Positions 62,801 through 64,000 of a stretch of 64,000 bases of DNA are shown here, in pieces. Both the position numbers and the translations under genes were made by a program. How positions within the stretch are numbered: position 1 is the first letter of the stretch; every line of letters begins with the position of its first letter. This DNA is from a virus. The notes under the pieces were generated by a model, which was not told where the DNA came from, ran no database searches, and worked only from the letters and a program-made list of their open reading frames with translations. The DNA lies in the IMG/VR virus record IMGVR_UViG_3300045988_109366, positions 85,042 to 149,041 of that record, one strand, 5' to 3'.

Positions 62801-64000
62801 GCAGCAAGCTTCCGGGACACCCGTACACCTCCAACATATCTTTGGCTGACGCCAATAAGAAAGCTGAGAATGCCGTTCGTGGAGCTGAGGGTCAGGCTTA
62901 CGCCAATAAGAACGGAGGATGTACCTGGACTTACGTGGCAAGCCGTGACTTCTATAAGAACAACTGCGCCGAAGGCGGGGTAGGCCAGAGGATAACGGTG
63001 ACCTCCACACAAGCCAACGGCGGCACGGCTATCACCAGCAAGGTTTCTTTGGCGGATGCCAGAAGCAAGGCAGAGCAGATCCTAGATCAGAAAGGACAAG
63101 ATTACGCTAACCAGCATGGCACTTGTGTATGGACCGGTACCGGAAGCGCTACTTTCTACAAGGATAATTGCGGCTCTTGTAAACAGGGTGTGGCTATATC
63201 AGTTCCTTATAGCTCGTTAGGATTAGATCCTATAACATCAACGGTCTCTCAGGCTGACGCCAATAACAAGGTTCAAGAGGCATTCAGAAGCAATTCAGCT
63301 ACCAGAGCCGCCGCTCAAGCTTACGCTAATAAGAACGGAGATTGCGAGGACACTCCTCCTAATTGGAGTGGTTGGAGCTATGATGGCGGAAACTATTGCT
63401 CAGGTGGTGATGTTTGGGCTAGGTATAGAAGGACTGATAGCACTGGATGTCACTCTGACGAGACTGAGAACAGGTTGCATGAGTCTTGCGATTGTGGATG
63501 TTCAGGTGGTTCTTGTGATAGCTGTTGTGATCCTGATTCTTGGAGTAGAATAGGAGAGGCTGAGTGTAGATCTGGCGAAAGTGTAGCTTTATATAGAAAT
63601 GATTGTGGAAGAGAGGAATATCTAAGCTATGGATCTGCTTGCTGTAATGATATCGGTTTCCAAGGGGGATCTGCTACTAGTAGGAATTGTCCATCTGATA
63701 GACCTTGTGGAGTAACGATCTCCTATCAGGGTGTACCTTCTGGATCTATATGCGCTTCTAGCACGTCTTCTGCCAACGCTCAGGCTAGCGATAAGATAGA
63801 GACGCTTAGATCTCAAGCTCAGGCATTAGCGGATGCGGGTTGTTCTGCAAAGGTTGGTAATGATGACCGATGGGGAAATGTTAAGGCTACAAACTGTCCT
63901 AGCAACTGTACTCCTAAGACTATCAATTATAGGGAAATCGCTGGTAAATACACCGCCTGCACCAAGGACGAGGCAAACAGGATAGCCGACAGCAACCTAC
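59866..64000 (+). CDS. giant tandem-repeat protein, 5' partial (open to window end, at least 1378 codons)
   Basis: I translated from ATG 59866 through the first repeats. I then re-checked the frame at 61225, and codon by codon from 63301 to 64000, and met no stop in those stretches. The repeat motif stays in frame in between. The gene is absent from the ORF track, presumably because it has no stop in the window. Confidence 0.85.
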   Translation, partial: MAREVDKNCVEGNCFAINDKSHGVGDNKLNIVYKANYTDQICTAKFRITSKDGSVVKEYMIAQDAKPVYYNIKMVQPFTKDDCLANQHGSVVLYVVEERTYKSFISQEDADAKAMEDIALNGQAYANEHGECITDIWYNEERRKTFIRNNCDKFSDGQEYVYIVPEGKYVSSISQEDADRKALEDIEKNGQQQANLEGECKPKENIYYGKFSKTFTRNNCDSTQYGTEVVVNETMVTGDFRSIVSQEDANSLARAAVEAQGQDIANIKGNCEKIPVFTGSYSKVFQRTNCPEGSTPVDFTVDEKMCSGYPFTSTVSQDAANKLAQDAVEAQGQAITNERGDCQTNVYYNVRMEKTVTRNNCDEFHIGQPYTYVVAAGKYFSIISQEDADNKAKADLEANAQQQANLEGECKEKTIYYGRYNKEFTRNNCDETQYGTKVVVDETMVTGDFRSTVSQEDANNKAKAAVEAQGQDVANVKGKCEKVPVYTGTYTRTFTRNNCGTGTGGTYTVNDRMVDGYPFTSTVSQEDANNKAKAAVDAQGQALANIHALCTYTGRASLEFTRNNCGECKIGSKVTITQDMVEGRPFQSNDSQTAADAMAMTAVQAQGQALANTKGTCSNATMYTGKASFEFTKSNCGANQVGDPFTVTQDMVEGHPFQSCVSQDEANLVAMAAVMNQGQKIADEQGTCHEAPKYTGHYSEAFEKNNCPSGLIPSSVTVTEADVTGGPFYSYESQFAADELAKAAVKAQGQAIANDRGTCDELKIYVGNYSKEFTPKCPTCQYADPITVTPDLMGQFFTSTRSQEEADALAKAYIDRMGQAFVNKNYDDTCHTKTEQPVWETIETVCKDCISKLHQRNTNTCYTDPENQERYIAGGNKTCFWFGTASKAFTRQCADGGVGSSVTVTQNDVTDPAPSSDGKFKSCVSQADANAKALAAVTAQGQSVANSKGTCTWTGSYTGQVQKNNCADGGVGDMVSVSSSKLPGHPYTSNISLADANKKAENAVRGAEGQAYANKNGGCTWTYVASRDFYKNNCAEGGVGQRITVTSTQANGGTAITSKVSLADARSKAEQILDQKGQDYANQHGTCVWTGTGSATFYKDNCGSCKQGVAISVPYSSLGLDPITSTVSQADANNKVQEAFRSNSATRAAAQAYANKNGDCEDTPPNWSGWSYDGGNYCSGGDVWARYRRTDSTGCHSDETENRLHESCDCGCSGGSCDSCCDPDSWSRIGEAECRSGESVALYRNDCGREEYLSYGSACCNDIGFQGGSATSRNCPSDRPCGVTISYQGVPSGSICASSTSSANAQASDKIETLRSQAQALADAGCSAKVGNDDRWGNVKATNCPSNCTPKTINYREIAGKYTACTKDEANRIADSNL

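Noticed and set aside
60223-63816. Many minus-strand and off-frame plus-strand track ORFs (for example 61081..61854 at 257 aa, 60619..61074, 62629..63012).
   Set aside because: They lie wholly inside the long plus-strand repeat ORF that starts at 59866 and have low-complexity Leu/Ser/Arg-rich translations, so they are shadow ORFs of the repeat gene.
1-64000. Stop-codon reassignment (TAG or TGA recoding) and a diversity-generating retroelement, both known in some gut Bacteroidales phages.
   Set aside because: Long uninterrupted ORFs (929, 920, 797 and 777 aa) under the standard code and the absence of a suppressor-type anticodon argue against recoding. No reverse transcriptase ORF and no template/variable repeat pair was seen in this window.

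Overview
This window reads as an AT-rich, roughly 64 kb slice of a large tailed dsDNA phage. The likely host is a Bacteroidota bacterium, because many genes sit about 20-40 nt downstream of the Bacteroidetes-type -7 promoter box TAnnTTTG (often TGTATCTTTG), and KilA-N, LRR and BACON-like gene content fits; this is inference, not proof. Standard genetic code appears to apply, since several ORFs exceed 900 aa. Layout: (1) 1-18.5 kb is transcribed on the minus strand and carries replication and recombination genes: dUTPase, a PD-(D/E)XK-like nuclease, a papain-like peptidase, an SSB with a DDNDLPF tail, a beta-clamp-like protein, a RuvC-like resolvase, RecA and a PIF1/RecD-like helicase. It also holds a tRNA cluster and a nearly gene-free 1.2-4.9 kb stretch full of GC-rich hairpins and iteron-like repeats. 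(2) 18.5-19.5 kb is a divergent control region holding a roughly 600 nt GC-rich array of structured units. (3) 19.5-64 kb is transcribed on the plus strand. It carries a large terminase interrupted by an intein, a TnpB element, a portal, scaffold-like and capsid-like genes, tail and fibre genes with several repeat architectures, an endolysin/holin/u-spanin cassette, and an accessory stretch (tRNA-Cys, second TnpB, KilA-N paralogs). It ends in a giant repeat-protein ORF (59866 to beyond the window end) that is missing from the supplied ORF track. Function calls rest on motifs read by eye from the translations. No database searches were run.
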